From contig CAZQES010000001.1 in the NCBI GenBank assembly GCA_964591425.1, forward strand, positions 4,353 to 66,846: DNA of 62,494 bases, given 5' to 3'. This stretch comes from an uncultured Anaerolinea sp. GTDB taxonomy: Bacteria; Chloroflexota; Anaerolineae; Anaerolineales; Villigracilaceae. The position numbers and the translations under genes were made by a program. The notes beneath the pieces are model-generated. The model worked only from the letters and a program-made list of their open reading frames with translations, was not told where the DNA came from and ran no database searches. The first letter of the stretch is position 1, and each line of letters opens with the position of its first letter. Below are positions 48,824-57,938 of the stretch, in pieces.

Positions 48824-50194
48824 CTAGAGCTGTCCCGACGCGCCCCACTGCTTCAACATCTCTTGGTATTTCGGGTCATCAAACCGGCTCAATAAGAACG
48901 CAGGGGCATAACTCGGTAACTCCGCGCCGACGATATGCTTCGCCAATAGATCGGACGCGCCGCATGAGACCATCATACCGAATCCACCGAATCCGCCAAT
49001 GATGTACGCGCCCTCCACCGCGAGCGGACCGATCAGCGGACGATTCTCAGGCGTGCGCGTGTAGTAGCCTCCGTCCACGAAAGGCTTAGGGATTTGGTTG
49101 AAATAGGCTGAAAGCCCCGGCACGACAGTGGACATGCCGCGCAAAGCAACCTCGGGCAATTGCGGATCATGTTGAATGGGAAAAGTTGGTTCAACGGCTT
49201 CTGAATTGTGATACACCCACTGCAAGAGGATCATATCCCCTTCGCCTTCGGGGCGACCGTGCACACCGGAGGGAAGTTCGTGCAACAGCCATTTTGTTTC
49301 CTCCGACTCAGCCAGCGCTTCTTTTTCATCCTCCGTCCACGGCAACGTGACGGGATCGTTCCAGATGAGCAGTCCCATCTGGCGCGGAAAGACGTGGCGC
49401 GGGTCGTTGAACATCACTTTGAGATGCAGTTCGCATTGCACGGGGATGTCCACGCCGATCATCTTCCCCACACTTTTTTGCAACGGTCCCGCCGCGATGA
49501 CAAAGTTGCGAGTGGAGATCGTTCGCTCGCCATCGCTCGTCACCACTTCTACAGATTTGATTCTGCTTCCTTCAACTTCAACACGTTCCACTTTTCCTTT
49601 GACAAGTTGCACGCCATGCGCGATTGCCTGCTCCAGCATGTACATGCCAAACTGTTGCGCGGCGAACCATCCGCACCGGCGCGCGTGGAGCAGGGCAACT
49701 GTCCGTTCGGTGAGATGCGGGAAATATTTGCGGATCAAGGCTTTGTCGAGGAACAAGTCCGCGCCGGTGGGCGCGTCGGCGAGTCCATGCTTGGTCACGG
49801 GGATGTATGTCGAGTTGTCCGAACCATTGCGATGAATCCGCAGTGGACCCGCGCCGAGGCGCGAGATTTCCTCCGCGTTGGCGATCATTGTTTCGACGAT
49901 GTTCGGATTCGCGGTTGCGAACAAATATCCGTAGCGGTGCATCGGCAGGCGCGCAGGCGACTCATTGTGGAGCGCGTCCATGATGTCAATACTGCGATTC
50001 ATCAACTGAACCATCGCGTCGCCGGGACCGGGCCACCAGTTGCGATAACACTCGGTGGATTTGTCGCTGGTCAACGAGAGCGGAGGGAGCGGGTCAACGA
50101 TAACGATGTTTTTCACGCCGTGTTTCACCGCAAGTTGATAGGCGGTCGTCACGCCCGCGATCCCCGCGCCGCAGATGAGGATGTCAGTGTTCAT
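48824..50194 (-). CDS. FAD-dependent oxidoreductase (DAO/sarcosine oxidase-like)
   Basis: ICGAGIAG; GYYTRTPENRPLIG; GFGGFGM. Confidence 0.9.
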   Translation of the reverse strand: MNTDILICGAGIAGVTTAYQLAVKHGVKNIVIVDPLPPLSLTSDKSTECYRNWWPGPGDAMVQLMNRSIDIMDALHNESPARLPMHRYGYLFATANPNIVETMIANAEEISRLGAGPLRIHRNGSDNSTYIPVTKHGLADAPTGADLFLDKALIRKYFPHLTERTVALLHARRCGWFAAQQFGMYMLEQAIAHGVQLVKGKVERVEVEGSRIKSVEVVTSDGERTISTRNFVIAAGPLQKSVGKMIGVDIPVQCELHLKVMFNDPRHVFPRQMGLLIWNDPVTLPWTEDEKEALAESEETKWLLHELPSGVHGRPEGEGDMILLQWVYHNSEAVEPTFPIQHDPQLPEVALRGMSTVVPGLSAYFNQIPKPFVDGGYYTRTPENRPLIGPLAVEGAYIIGGFGGFGMMVSCGASDLLAKHIVGAELPSYAPAFLLSRFDDPKYQEMLKQWGASGQL

Positions 50195-50220
50195 GGGCGG
50201 GATTATATCGGTTTGCATCC

Positions 50221-50345
50221 GTCATTGCGAGGAAGCCCGAAGGGCTGACGAAGCAATCCCCTGTTTCATGCGAACGATTGTTTTCAAGTTCGAGGAGATT
50301 GCTTCGGGATTTCGACGCTAGTGCGTCTCAACCCTCGCAACGACA
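50221..50345. repeat. Palindromic repeat family A
   Basis: GTCATTGCGAGG...CTCGCAACGAC. Confidence 0.88.
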
Positions 50346-50389
50346 TGTTCTTATTGTTATTTACAAAATAACCGTTTATACTGCCAGAC

Positions 50390-51598
50390 ATGCAACCCCT
50401 CCAAAACATACGCATACTCGATATCACCCGCGCGCTGGCGGGACCGTACTGCACGATGATGCTCGGGGACCTGGGAGCAGATGTCATCAAGATCGAGCGC
50501 CCCGGCGTGGGCGATGAAACGCGCGGGTGGGGTCCTCCGTTTGTGGGCGAGGCGTATGGTCCATACCCCGGCGAGTCGGCGTACTTCATCGCGGCGAACA
50601 GAAACAAACGAAGCGTGACCGTCAACATCCAATCGAAAGAGGGGCAGGAGATCATCGGCAAACTGGCGGGCATGTCCGATGCGCTGGTGGAAAATTATCG
50701 CACGGGCGATCTCGATAAACTCGGCTTGGGCTACAACGATCTGCACAATCTGAATCCAAAATTGATCTACTGCTCGGTGAGCGGATACGGCCGCACGGGT
50801 CCGTATGCAGACCGCCCGGGGTACGACGCGGTCATCCAAGGCGAAGGCGGCATGATGAGCATCACCGGTCCGGTAGATGGACCGCCCTCGCGCGTCGGCA
50901 TCCCGATCACCGACATCACGTCGGGCATGTTCGCCGCCACCGCGATCCTTGCCGCCCTGCGCGCGCGCGATCTCACGGGCGAAGGTCAACTCGTGGATAT
51001 ATCGCTTTTTGATTCACACATCGCGCTTCTGACAAACGTCGCATCCAACTATTTGGTTGGAGGAAATCCGCCGCGCCGCCTCGGCAACGCGCATCCGAAT
51101 CTTGTCCCCTACGATTCGTTTCGCGCCCGCGATGGCTGGTTCATTTTGGGCGTCGCCAACGAAAAGCAATGGGGGTTGTTGTGCGACGCGCTCGACCGCG
51201 CCGACTTGAAAGCCGACAAGCGATTCGCGTCGAACGGAAAGCGCGTGACAAACCGCGCCGCGCTGGTGGATGAACTCAACAAGGCGTTCGCGCAAAAAAA
51301 TGTGGACGACTGGCTTGCGGATTTGGTGAGAGCAGGCTTGCCCTGCGGACGCATCAACTCGATCCCCGAAGTGTTCGCCCACCCGCAGACCCAAGCCCGC
51401 GACATGATTCTGGAAACAGAACACGCCTCCGCCGGGACCGTGAAACTGCCCGGCTTCCCGTATAAATTTTCCGCCACCCCGGCGAGACTCCAAAAACCAC
51501 CGCCGATGTTGGGTCAGCACACGGAGGAGGTGCTTACGAGTTTATTGGGTTATTCGCGTGAGGGTGTGGAGGAGTTGAAGGGCAAGGGAGCGGTATGA
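50390..51598 (+). CDS. CaiB/BaiF family III CoA-transferase
   Basis: LAGPYCTMMLGDLGADVIKIE, NRNKRS, GYDAVIQ, PPMLGQHT. Confidence 0.96.
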   Translation: MQPLQNIRILDITRALAGPYCTMMLGDLGADVIKIERPGVGDETRGWGPPFVGEAYGPYPGESAYFIAANRNKRSVTVNIQSKEGQEIIGKLAGMSDALVENYRTGDLDKLGLGYNDLHNLNPKLIYCSVSGYGRTGPYADRPGYDAVIQGEGGMMSITGPVDGPPSRVGIPITDITSGMFAATAILAALRARDLTGEGQLVDISLFDSHIALLTNVASNYLVGGNPPRRLGNAHPNLVPYDSFRARDGWFILGVANEKQWGLLCDALDRADLKADKRFASNGKRVTNRAALVDELNKAFAQKNVDDWLADLVRAGLPCGRINSIPEVFAHPQTQARDMILETEHASAGTVKLPGFPYKFSATPARLQKPPPMLGQHTEEVLTSLLGYSREGVEELKGKGAV

Positions 51599-51632
51599 TT
51601 TGTTTGCTGTATAATTCGATTAACTTACTTTG

Positions 51633-51719
51633 TGTCACCCTGAGGGAGTGGCGCCTCGCGCCACGACCGAAGGGTCTCGATTGTGGCAGTAGAGATGCTT
51701 CGCTCCGCTCAGCATGACA
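51633..51719. repeat. Palindromic repeat (TGTCA.CCTGAG...CTCAGCATGACA family)
   Basis: Terminal inverted repeat with CGAAG/CTTCG core. Confidence 0.8.
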
Positions 51720-51756
51720 TTTCCTTGGGCGGGCGAGAACTGAGGTGAATACCTCC

Positions 51757-52170
51757 ATGACCGCAAAAGACATCCGCTGGATTCAACGATTCAACAATTT
51801 TGAAAAAGCCCTGAGCCAACTTACGAAATTCATTGAAAAAGGGAAACTCAACGAGTTGGAGCGGCAGGGTTTCATTCAAGCTTTTGAATACACCTTTGAA
51901 CTCGCCTGGAATACGCTCAAGGACTATTTCGAGGAACAAGGCGAGCAGAACATTTTCGGAAGCCGCGATGCTTTCCGCCTCGCCTTCAAACGCGGATTGA
52001 TCGAGGACGGCGAAACATGGATGAAGATGATCACCAGCCGCATTGCCACCAGCCACACGTACAACGAAGATGTCGCGGCACAAATTGCCAGCGACACCAA
52101 AAACTTGTATTATGGCGAATTTGTAAAGTTGTATGAAAAAATGAAAGTCATCAAAAAGGAACAGCCATGA
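51757..52170 (+). CDS. HEPN nucleotidyltransferase substrate-binding protein (HI0074-like toxin)
   Basis: RWIQRFNNF, IQAFEYTFELAW, RX4H motif RIATSH. Confidence 0.92.
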   Translation: MTAKDIRWIQRFNNFEKALSQLTKFIEKGKLNELERQGFIQAFEYTFELAWNTLKDYFEEQGEQNIFGSRDAFRLAFKRGLIEDGETWMKMITSRIATSHTYNEDVAAQIASDTKNLYYGEFVKLYEKMKVIKKEQP

Positions 52171-52511
52171 GCGCCCCGCGTTTCGGTTTGAAGGAAACCA
52201 CCATCGAAAAACTGTGCGGCGTCTTTGCCAAATATCCGCAAGTGAGCAAAGCCATTCTTTACGGTTCGCGCGCCAAGGGCAACTACAAAAACGGCTCCGA
52301 CATTGACTTGACCTTGCACGGCGGCGCAGACCTGACCTTGAACGTCCTCTACAAAATCCTCGATGAAATTGACGATCTGCTTCTCCCCTACACCATTGAC
52401 CTGTCCATCTACCGCACTCTGAGCGATCCCGATTTCATTGAGCATATTCAACGCGTGGGCGTCACATTCTACGATAAACGCGAGTTTGTCCATGAGGTGG
52501 CAAGGGCATAA
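52167..52511 (+). CDS. Minimal nucleotidyltransferase (MNT antitoxin)
   Basis: LYGSRAKG..GSDIDL. Confidence 0.93.
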   Translation: MSAPRFGLKETTIEKLCGVFAKYPQVSKAILYGSRAKGNYKNGSDIDLTLHGGADLTLNVLYKILDEIDDLLLPYTIDLSIYRTLSDPDFIEHIQRVGVTFYDKREFVHEVARA

Positions 52512-52513
52512 AC

Positions 52514-52615
52514 CCGCCGCCGATGCTGGGTCAACACACGGAGGAGGTGCTTACGGGGTTGTTGAATTACTCAAAAGATGATGTGGCTTCCTTGCGAGAC
52601 AAGGGAGCAGTTTAG
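52514..52615 (+). pseudogene. Displaced 3' end of the CoA-transferase gene (diverged direct repeat of 51497-51598)
   Basis: PPPMLGQHTEEVLTGLLNYSKDDVASLRDKGAV* versus PPPMLGQHTEEVLTSLLGYSREGVEELKGKGAV*. Confidence 0.9.
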
Positions 52616-52639
52616 TTTATTGACCTGATGACTTAGGAA

Positions 52640-52722
52640 GCCTATAATTCGGTCATTCGGTTGTAATCTTTGGCCGCCCATAAGCAGTATGCGGCATCGT
52701 GCCGTATAACCCCTAGTTGGGC
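52640..52722 (+). mobile_element. Degenerate attC-like site
   Basis: Ends CCGTATAACCCCTAGTTGGGC (GTTRRRY) just before a cassette-like ORF; left half eroded. Confidence 0.4.
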
Positions 52723-52766
52723 TCTTAATTTGCTTTCAAGAAAATTAGCAGGAAATCCAAACAACC

Positions 52767-53567
52767 ATGAGCAAAGACACTGACAGTTTGGAGCACTTAA
52801 GAAGCATGTTCTTAGATAAAAATGCTTCAAGAAAAAATATTGAAAGAGTTTTGGTGAACAATGAAGCGAAAAAATTGCCCCCAATTGCAATTGACACACT
52901 TCGCTATGTTGCTAAGTCCAACATCGACATAATACACAATTGGTCTGAATCACCTATAGAAACTATTTTTCTCAGTTCCCTTAATCATTTTTCAACTTTG
53001 CTTTCTTCCTTTGGGAAAGTCCCTCCGCTGATCCTCTTTGTAGAACCTTCTGAGTCTGCTGTAAAGACCGCAGAAAACAGCAGGAAGCAATGGAAGAATT
53101 TGTGGGGAGCACGCCAAGAGTACAAAAAAGAAAATCCCAATTCAACTGCCCGTGACTTTGTAGATTTTTTAATTACCGCTGGTATTTTTCAAGAATCCGA
53201 ACGAGAGCAGTTGGCCTACGATTTAATTCTCTTTCAAGATGTAGGAATTGGAAGCACGTATCGCTTAATGCCTCAAGCAAAGTTTCCACATCTGCAAACA
53301 AGTGGACGGTCGCTAAGAACAGATGCTTATATTTGGAAACCAAACGACAAAAGTTTCAACCTTATTCTTGAATGTGATGGATACGAATTTCATTCCAACA
53401 AAACAAGATTTATCAATGATCGTTCTCGTGATCGTCTATTACAATCAGAAGGCTTTGATGTTTTGCGGTTTGCTGGATCAGAAATTAATGAACACCCAAT
53501 CGAAGTAGTTAACGATTTGCTCGACAAACTTTATATACATCATCAAGACACATGGGTAAGTGTTTAG
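52767..53567 (+). CDS. Protein with C-terminal DUF559/Vsr-like endonuclease domain
   Basis: ESPIE; D..ECDGYEFH..DRSRDRLLQSEGFDVLRFAGSEI; AT-rich. Confidence 0.85.
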   Translation: MSKDTDSLEHLRSMFLDKNASRKNIERVLVNNEAKKLPPIAIDTLRYVAKSNIDIIHNWSESPIETIFLSSLNHFSTLLSSFGKVPPLILFVEPSESAVKTAENSRKQWKNLWGARQEYKKENPNSTARDFVDFLITAGIFQESEREQLAYDLILFQDVGIGSTYRLMPQAKFPHLQTSGRSLRTDAYIWKPNDKSFNLILECDGYEFHSNKTRFINDRSRDRLLQSEGFDVLRFAGSEINEHPIEVVNDLLDKLYIHHQDTWVSV

Positions 53568-53578
53568 TTTCCAACTGT

Positions 53579-53730
53579 GCTCAACAAAGCGTCTTGGGCG
53601 AGCGCCGGGAAAATGCACTAGATACTGGGGATTCTGCGGCGTTTTCAAGTATTTTTCTGACTTCGAGTTGTTTCTACATCTCAAACATTGTCCACGTCCG
53701 CCCACACGCAGGTAACGCAAACCGTTAGCC
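53579..53730 (+). mobile_element. Integron attC-like site
   Basis: GCTCAAC...TGCAC...GGTAACGCAAACCGTTAGCC; imperfect palindrome just after a stop codon. Confidence 0.72.
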
Positions 53731-53810
53731 GCCATCTGCATTAAAGGATAAAAGCGGTGGCATTTTAACGCTCCGTATTCCAAGTTGCCTTTACAGTCTG
53801 ATTTCACTCA

Positions 53811-54617
53811 ATGTCAAAGAATCGAAAGCGCCGCAAGCAGACTCATAAGTCCGACATCCCGAAACCTGAGTGGCCAAGTTGGTTCGTTGAGCCGAGCCAT
53901 CCCGCCGAAGTTGAAGTATTGTTTCGGGTGCTGCAAGGAAACAGCCGCCTCAGTGACATCCATTTCACTGTGCAGATGATGCAGATCAACTACGTGATCT
54001 TCAGGAAGAATTACGCAGAACTGACCAGGCTCCAACAGAAATTTGACCAACCATTGAACTTTCGGGAACTGGCTCTACAGACCGACAAGGGAAGGGAAAT
54101 TGCACAAGATACTTTCATCGAATTTACTCGATTGCTTCACAACTTTCTTGCCTCGGCAAAGATGTTAGTTGATGTAACGAGAAGGTGGGTAAGACAACAA
54201 TTCGAAAATTCAGAGTTTCTTGAGTTTTATGAAAAGGAGGTCGCAGCTCGTTTTGCGAATAATGTACAGGCCCAGTTTCTCGAAGACCTTCGGAACTTTA
54301 CGCTGCACAGAACACTCCCTCTTTCGAGACCCGAACTGCGCTTCCAAGAGATCGACGAACACACACTGAAATCGAGCCTTGGCATAGTCCTACTCAAGAA
54401 ATACCTACTCGAGTGGAAGAATTGGTCGGAGTTAGGAAGAATACAGATCAGCATGGCATTTGAAGGCGAAGTTGACATCATTTCGATTTGTAAACAATAC
54501 TTTGAAAATGTGACCGAGTTCAATCGGTGGCTTTTTTGGCAAGTCCGGGAGCGCCTAGACCCAGAAATTGACCAAATCAATTTGGTAATTGAGCGAATGC
54601 GAAATCCATCCAAATGA
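53811..54617 (+). CDS. Hypothetical helical protein (cassette cargo)
   Basis: 268-aa ORF between attC-like sites; LRNFTLH resembles a HEPN-like RX4H motif. Confidence 0.7.
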   Translation: MSKNRKRRKQTHKSDIPKPEWPSWFVEPSHPAEVEVLFRVLQGNSRLSDIHFTVQMMQINYVIFRKNYAELTRLQQKFDQPLNFRELALQTDKGREIAQDTFIEFTRLLHNFLASAKMLVDVTRRWVRQQFENSEFLEFYEKEVAARFANNVQAQFLEDLRNFTLHRTLPLSRPELRFQEIDEHTLKSSLGIVLLKKYLLEWKNWSELGRIQISMAFEGEVDIISICKQYFENVTEFNRWLFWQVRERLDPEIDQINLVIERMRNPSK

Positions 54618-54671
54618 TTGTACGCGTTGACAATCGATCTGAGCAAATTATGTATTTGATCTATAAAAGGG

Positions 54672-54847
54672 AGCTAACAAAGCGTCCTGGGCGAGCGCCA
54701 GGATGATACTGGAAGAACACCAGAACGATGTGCAGCGGACGGGGAATATTACGGCATCAAATGGCAGATTCAACATCTTGGCAGTTTTCTGGTTTAGAAT
54801 CATTATGCTCACTCTCCCCCATACGCCACTAACGCTTACCGTTGAGC
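54672..54847 (+). mobile_element. Integron attC-like site
   Basis: AGCTAAC AAAGCG...TGCAGC...CTAACGCTTACCGTTGAGC; same architecture as 53579-53730. Confidence 0.7.
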
Positions 54848-54864
54848 ACTAAGAACATTCCCCC

Positions 54865-55287
54865 ATGAACGAATCATCAATCGCAGAGTACACCACCCAA
54901 ACTTTCCCTGACGTCGAAACAATCACAAACCTCGGCTACACCTTCTTTTTCTATCGCGAGGAGCGCATCCACGCGTTCGCAACCATTGCCTCCTCAGGTA
55001 ACGAATATGAACAGATTTCAAAACTCGACCGTCCGGGCGTTTATCGTTTGAACATCGGTGTGAGCAGGGAAACATTCCAATCATTGTTTGGAACAAACAA
55101 GATCAACGTCAGCGACTACGATTTCACCGTATTGGATACCCTCCTGCCCCACCCCGATTATTCCGCGCAGTCTTTCATCTGCGTCCTTTCGCCGAGCGAT
55201 GCGACCTTTGAGCGAATCCGCCCTTTGCTTGCCGAAGCGTATGATATCGCCGTTCGGAAATTCAACAGAAGGAACAAAAACAAATGA
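54865..55287 (+). CDS. DUF6194-like protein
   Basis: FFFY..FATI..SKLDRPGVYRLNIGV..PHPDY. Confidence 0.78.
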   Translation: MNESSIAEYTTQTFPDVETITNLGYTFFFYREERIHAFATIASSGNEYEQISKLDRPGVYRLNIGVSRETFQSLFGTNKINVSDYDFTVLDTLLPHPDYSAQSFICVLSPSDATFERIRPLLAEAYDIAVRKFNRRNKNK

Positions 55288-55319
55288 TCTCTGAAATTTT
55301 TTGGGGGATCCCAACTGAT

Positions 55320-55364
55320 TTATCTTCACTTCGTCACCCGCTCCACAATTCTCTTCGTCTCCCC
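55320..55364 (-). pseudogene. Displaced, decayed 3' end of the 5'-3' exonuclease gene
   Basis: AGA ATT GTG GAG CGG GTG ACG AAG TGA AGA TAA (RIVERVTK*R*) versus the current end RIIERVKMWR*. Confidence 0.7.
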
Positions 55365-56609
55365 TTATTTGCTTACGCGTCGGCGTAGCAGAGGCTCACG
55401 AATCGCTTTCGCATTCATTTTGTCCGCGCCAAGAAACGTGACGAATCGCGCGAAGCCGCGCGCTAACGCCTCCGCGAATGTCTCATTTTTGCCGAGCGAC
55501 TTGTCCTCCAGCCACAAACCCAGAATAACGAATGTGCTGGTGGTTCGATCAAGTTTGCTGTCGAAGCGCGCAACTAGCCGGTCACCCCACAAGATTGGCA
55601 GTGTGTAGTAGCCGAACTTGCGAAGGTGGGCCGGTTTGTACACCTCCCAAACGTAGTCAAAGCCAAACAATACTTTAGCCCGCCCGCGTGCGCTGACCTG
55701 GTCAAGCGGCGCGAGGAAGAGGACCTCCTCCGTCGTGGTCGTTTCTAATGGCGTCCAAGCCTTTGGGATGCGTCCTGCGCTCAGATCGCGCAGCAGTTTG
55801 GCATCGCTGGCGAGTGCGTGATGTATCGTTTTCCAGCCTTCGACCTGCACCTCGATGAGCTCCCCGTCGGCTAACATCCTCTCAAGCATCTTCTTTGCCG
55901 CTCGATCCGGCTCGCCGCGCCCCCATGCTTCACTCGTACGTTTGATTCGCGCCAGTCCGCTGCAGCTGACTTCCTTTTTGATCAGAAAGCAGTCAGTCTC
56001 AGCCTCGCTGCTCTCGCGAATTAGGTGCGCGGGCGCGACCTTTTCGGTGAGGGCATACACACGCTCGAAGCGGTCGCGGTGATGCGTCATTACTTCGCCG
56101 GTGCGCCAAAGATAATACAAGGCGAGCGCGCTGTCCTTGCGGCCCCGATAACTCTGTGTTCGTGTGCGCGTCGCCATCTCGAAATCGCGGTTGCTCACAG
56201 TGCCGCGCTCTTTCAAAATACTTCGCATTTCGGCAATCGCATCCGCATGTTCCTTCGCCATTTTGCGAATCCGCGAGTCGCCATAGCCGCCGTCGCGTTC
56301 GCGGTGCATGACCACGCGCCAATGGGGAAGTTCGTCCATCGGTCGTGCGGCTAGCCAGCCTCCCCAGTCGAAAAATTTCCGCTGTTTATACGTGGGGACC
56401 TCCCACAGGTTGGGTGTGTAATCGAGCACGCGGCTGTGCAGTGTGATGTCGTGGCTGCGAGCGATAATCTGCAACGGGTCGAGTTGCAGGTATTCGATCG
56501 CGCGCATGGCTTGCTCCGTGCCCTTGATGCCGCGCCAGCGCCGCCCGGGCCACAAGCCTTGCTTGCCGAGGATGAAGCGACGGGCTGTTTCAATGTCAAT
56601 AGTTAGCAT
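55365..56609 (-). CDS. YcaQ/AlkZ (HTH_42) crosslink-repair DNA glycosylase
   Basis: LQLDP (QxD motif), RSH..SR, LFGFDYVWEVYKP..FGYYTLPIL. Confidence 0.92.
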   Translation of the reverse strand: MLTIDIETARRFILGKQGLWPGRRWRGIKGTEQAMRAIEYLQLDPLQIIARSHDITLHSRVLDYTPNLWEVPTYKQRKFFDWGGWLAARPMDELPHWRVVMHRERDGGYGDSRIRKMAKEHADAIAEMRSILKERGTVSNRDFEMATRTRTQSYRGRKDSALALYYLWRTGEVMTHHRDRFERVYALTEKVAPAHLIRESSEAETDCFLIKKEVSCSGLARIKRTSEAWGRGEPDRAAKKMLERMLADGELIEVQVEGWKTIHHALASDAKLLRDLSAGRIPKAWTPLETTTTEEVLFLAPLDQVSARGRAKVLFGFDYVWEVYKPAHLRKFGYYTLPILWGDRLVARFDSKLDRTTSTFVILGLWLEDKSLGKNETFAEALARGFARFVTFLGADKMNAKAIREPLLRRRVSK

Positions 56610-56662
56610 CAGGAACCTCTCAGGCAGGCATTTGCATTCATTTCCAATTCACTCCTTTTCGT

Positions 56663-57532
56663 TCAACGCCACATCTTCACCCGCTCGATGATTCTGTCCT
56701 CCCTCAACTCCCGACACACCTTCTTCAAACTTTGTCGCGCGCCCTTCCACTCCAAATCTTTGAGCGTTTCTTTCAATGGAACGTCCGTGCGAAGCGTAGA
56801 TAACTTTCGAAACAGCAACGCGTCCTTGTAATTCTGTTGAAGATTCTCAGACAGAGTCGTCGCGCGACCCAAACTGAACGGAAGTTTCTTCGGGTCTTTG
56901 GGAATCTTCTCGATGTGTTTGAACTTCGCCAGCACCGCGGAGGTGGATGCCGCGCCCCAGCCTTTGATGCCCGGGTAACCGTCCGCTGAATCGCCCACGA
57001 GCGCGAGATAATCGGGGATCGATTCGGGCTTGACGCCGAATTTTTCGACCACGCCTTTTTCATCCAACGTAATTTCGCGGCGGCGATCCCAACACACGAC
57101 TTTCCTGCCGTCCACCATTTGAGTCAAATCTTTATCCACAGAACAAATCACAACCTGCTCCACGGATTTCTCTTTTTTGAATCGCGCTGTCGCGGTGGCG
57201 ATCGCATCATCCGCTTCGAACTTGACCATGGACCACACTGGCACACCCAAAGCAGAAATTGCTTTTTCAGCAATATCAAATTGATTTAAGATAATCGGGT
57301 CAACGCCGTCGCTTGTTTTGTAGCCCGCATACATTTTGTTGCGAAATGATTCAATCACATGGTCGAAGGCAACGGCAACATGAGTCACACCTTCACTTTG
57401 CAACAACATCAACAAACTGCGGATGAGCCCAAGCGTTGCGCCTACTTCTTGTCCACTTAAAGATTTTTTGGGTGGAGCACCAAAATGCGCGCGAAATAAT
57501 TCGTATGTGCCGTCAATTAAGTGGATTTTCAT
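56663..57532 (-). CDS. Stand-alone 5'-3' exonuclease / flap endonuclease (PolI N-terminal-like)
   Basis: LIDG, FEADDAIAT, DKDL, LVGDSADGYPGIKGWG. Confidence 0.94.
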   Translation of the reverse strand: MKIHLIDGTYELFRAHFGAPPKKSLSGQEVGATLGLIRSLLMLLQSEGVTHVAVAFDHVIESFRNKMYAGYKTSDGVDPIILNQFDIAEKAISALGVPVWSMVKFEADDAIATATARFKKEKSVEQVVICSVDKDLTQMVDGRKVVCWDRRREITLDEKGVVEKFGVKPESIPDYLALVGDSADGYPGIKGWGAASTSAVLAKFKHIEKIPKDPKKLPFSLGRATTLSENLQQNYKDALLFRKLSTLRTDVPLKETLKDLEWKGARQSLKKVCRELREDRIIERVKMWR

Positions 57533-57553
57533 TTCGCTACCTTCCTTTGCAAG

Positions 57554-57928
57554 TTATTTCTTCTTTGCTGAATTCAATTCGACTGCTTGTTTGATCAAAT
57601 CCTTCAATGCGACTTCATCAATTTTATCGCCTTCACGAAAGTCAATTCCACGCGAAGCTTTGGCTTCCAAACCTGCATTGAACAATTTCTTCGGATCTTT
57701 CAACGAAGCACCTTTGAAGAAATTTAATTTCACATGATCTTTGAACACACCACCCGCCACCACATTTCCTTTGTAAGACCAAACTGGCGTATCCCACTTC
57801 CAATCCTCGGTCAGTTCAGAAGCGGACGCGAGAACCAACTTTCGCAGGCGGGCTAGCAATTTGCCGCGCCAATCCGTTAGTCCTTTGAGGTAGTGATCGA
57901 TCTGTTTGGATGCGGTTTTGTCTGACAT
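57554..57928 (-). CDS. DUF1801 (YdhG-like) protein
   Basis: EDWKWDTPVW, FFKGASLKDPKKLFN. Confidence 0.88.
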   Translation of the reverse strand: MSDKTASKQIDHYLKGLTDWRGKLLARLRKLVLASASELTEDWKWDTPVWSYKGNVVAGGVFKDHVKLNFFKGASLKDPKKLFNAGLEAKASRGIDFREGDKIDEVALKDLIKQAVELNSAKKK

Positions 57929-57938
57929 GGGTGTCTCC

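Noticed and set aside
19306-50345. Repeat families A and B as CRISPR arrays
   Set aside because: Dispersed and inverted, no regular repeat-spacer period, no cas genes
53478-53807. 109-aa minus-strand ORF
   Set aside because: Translation of the attC bottom strand
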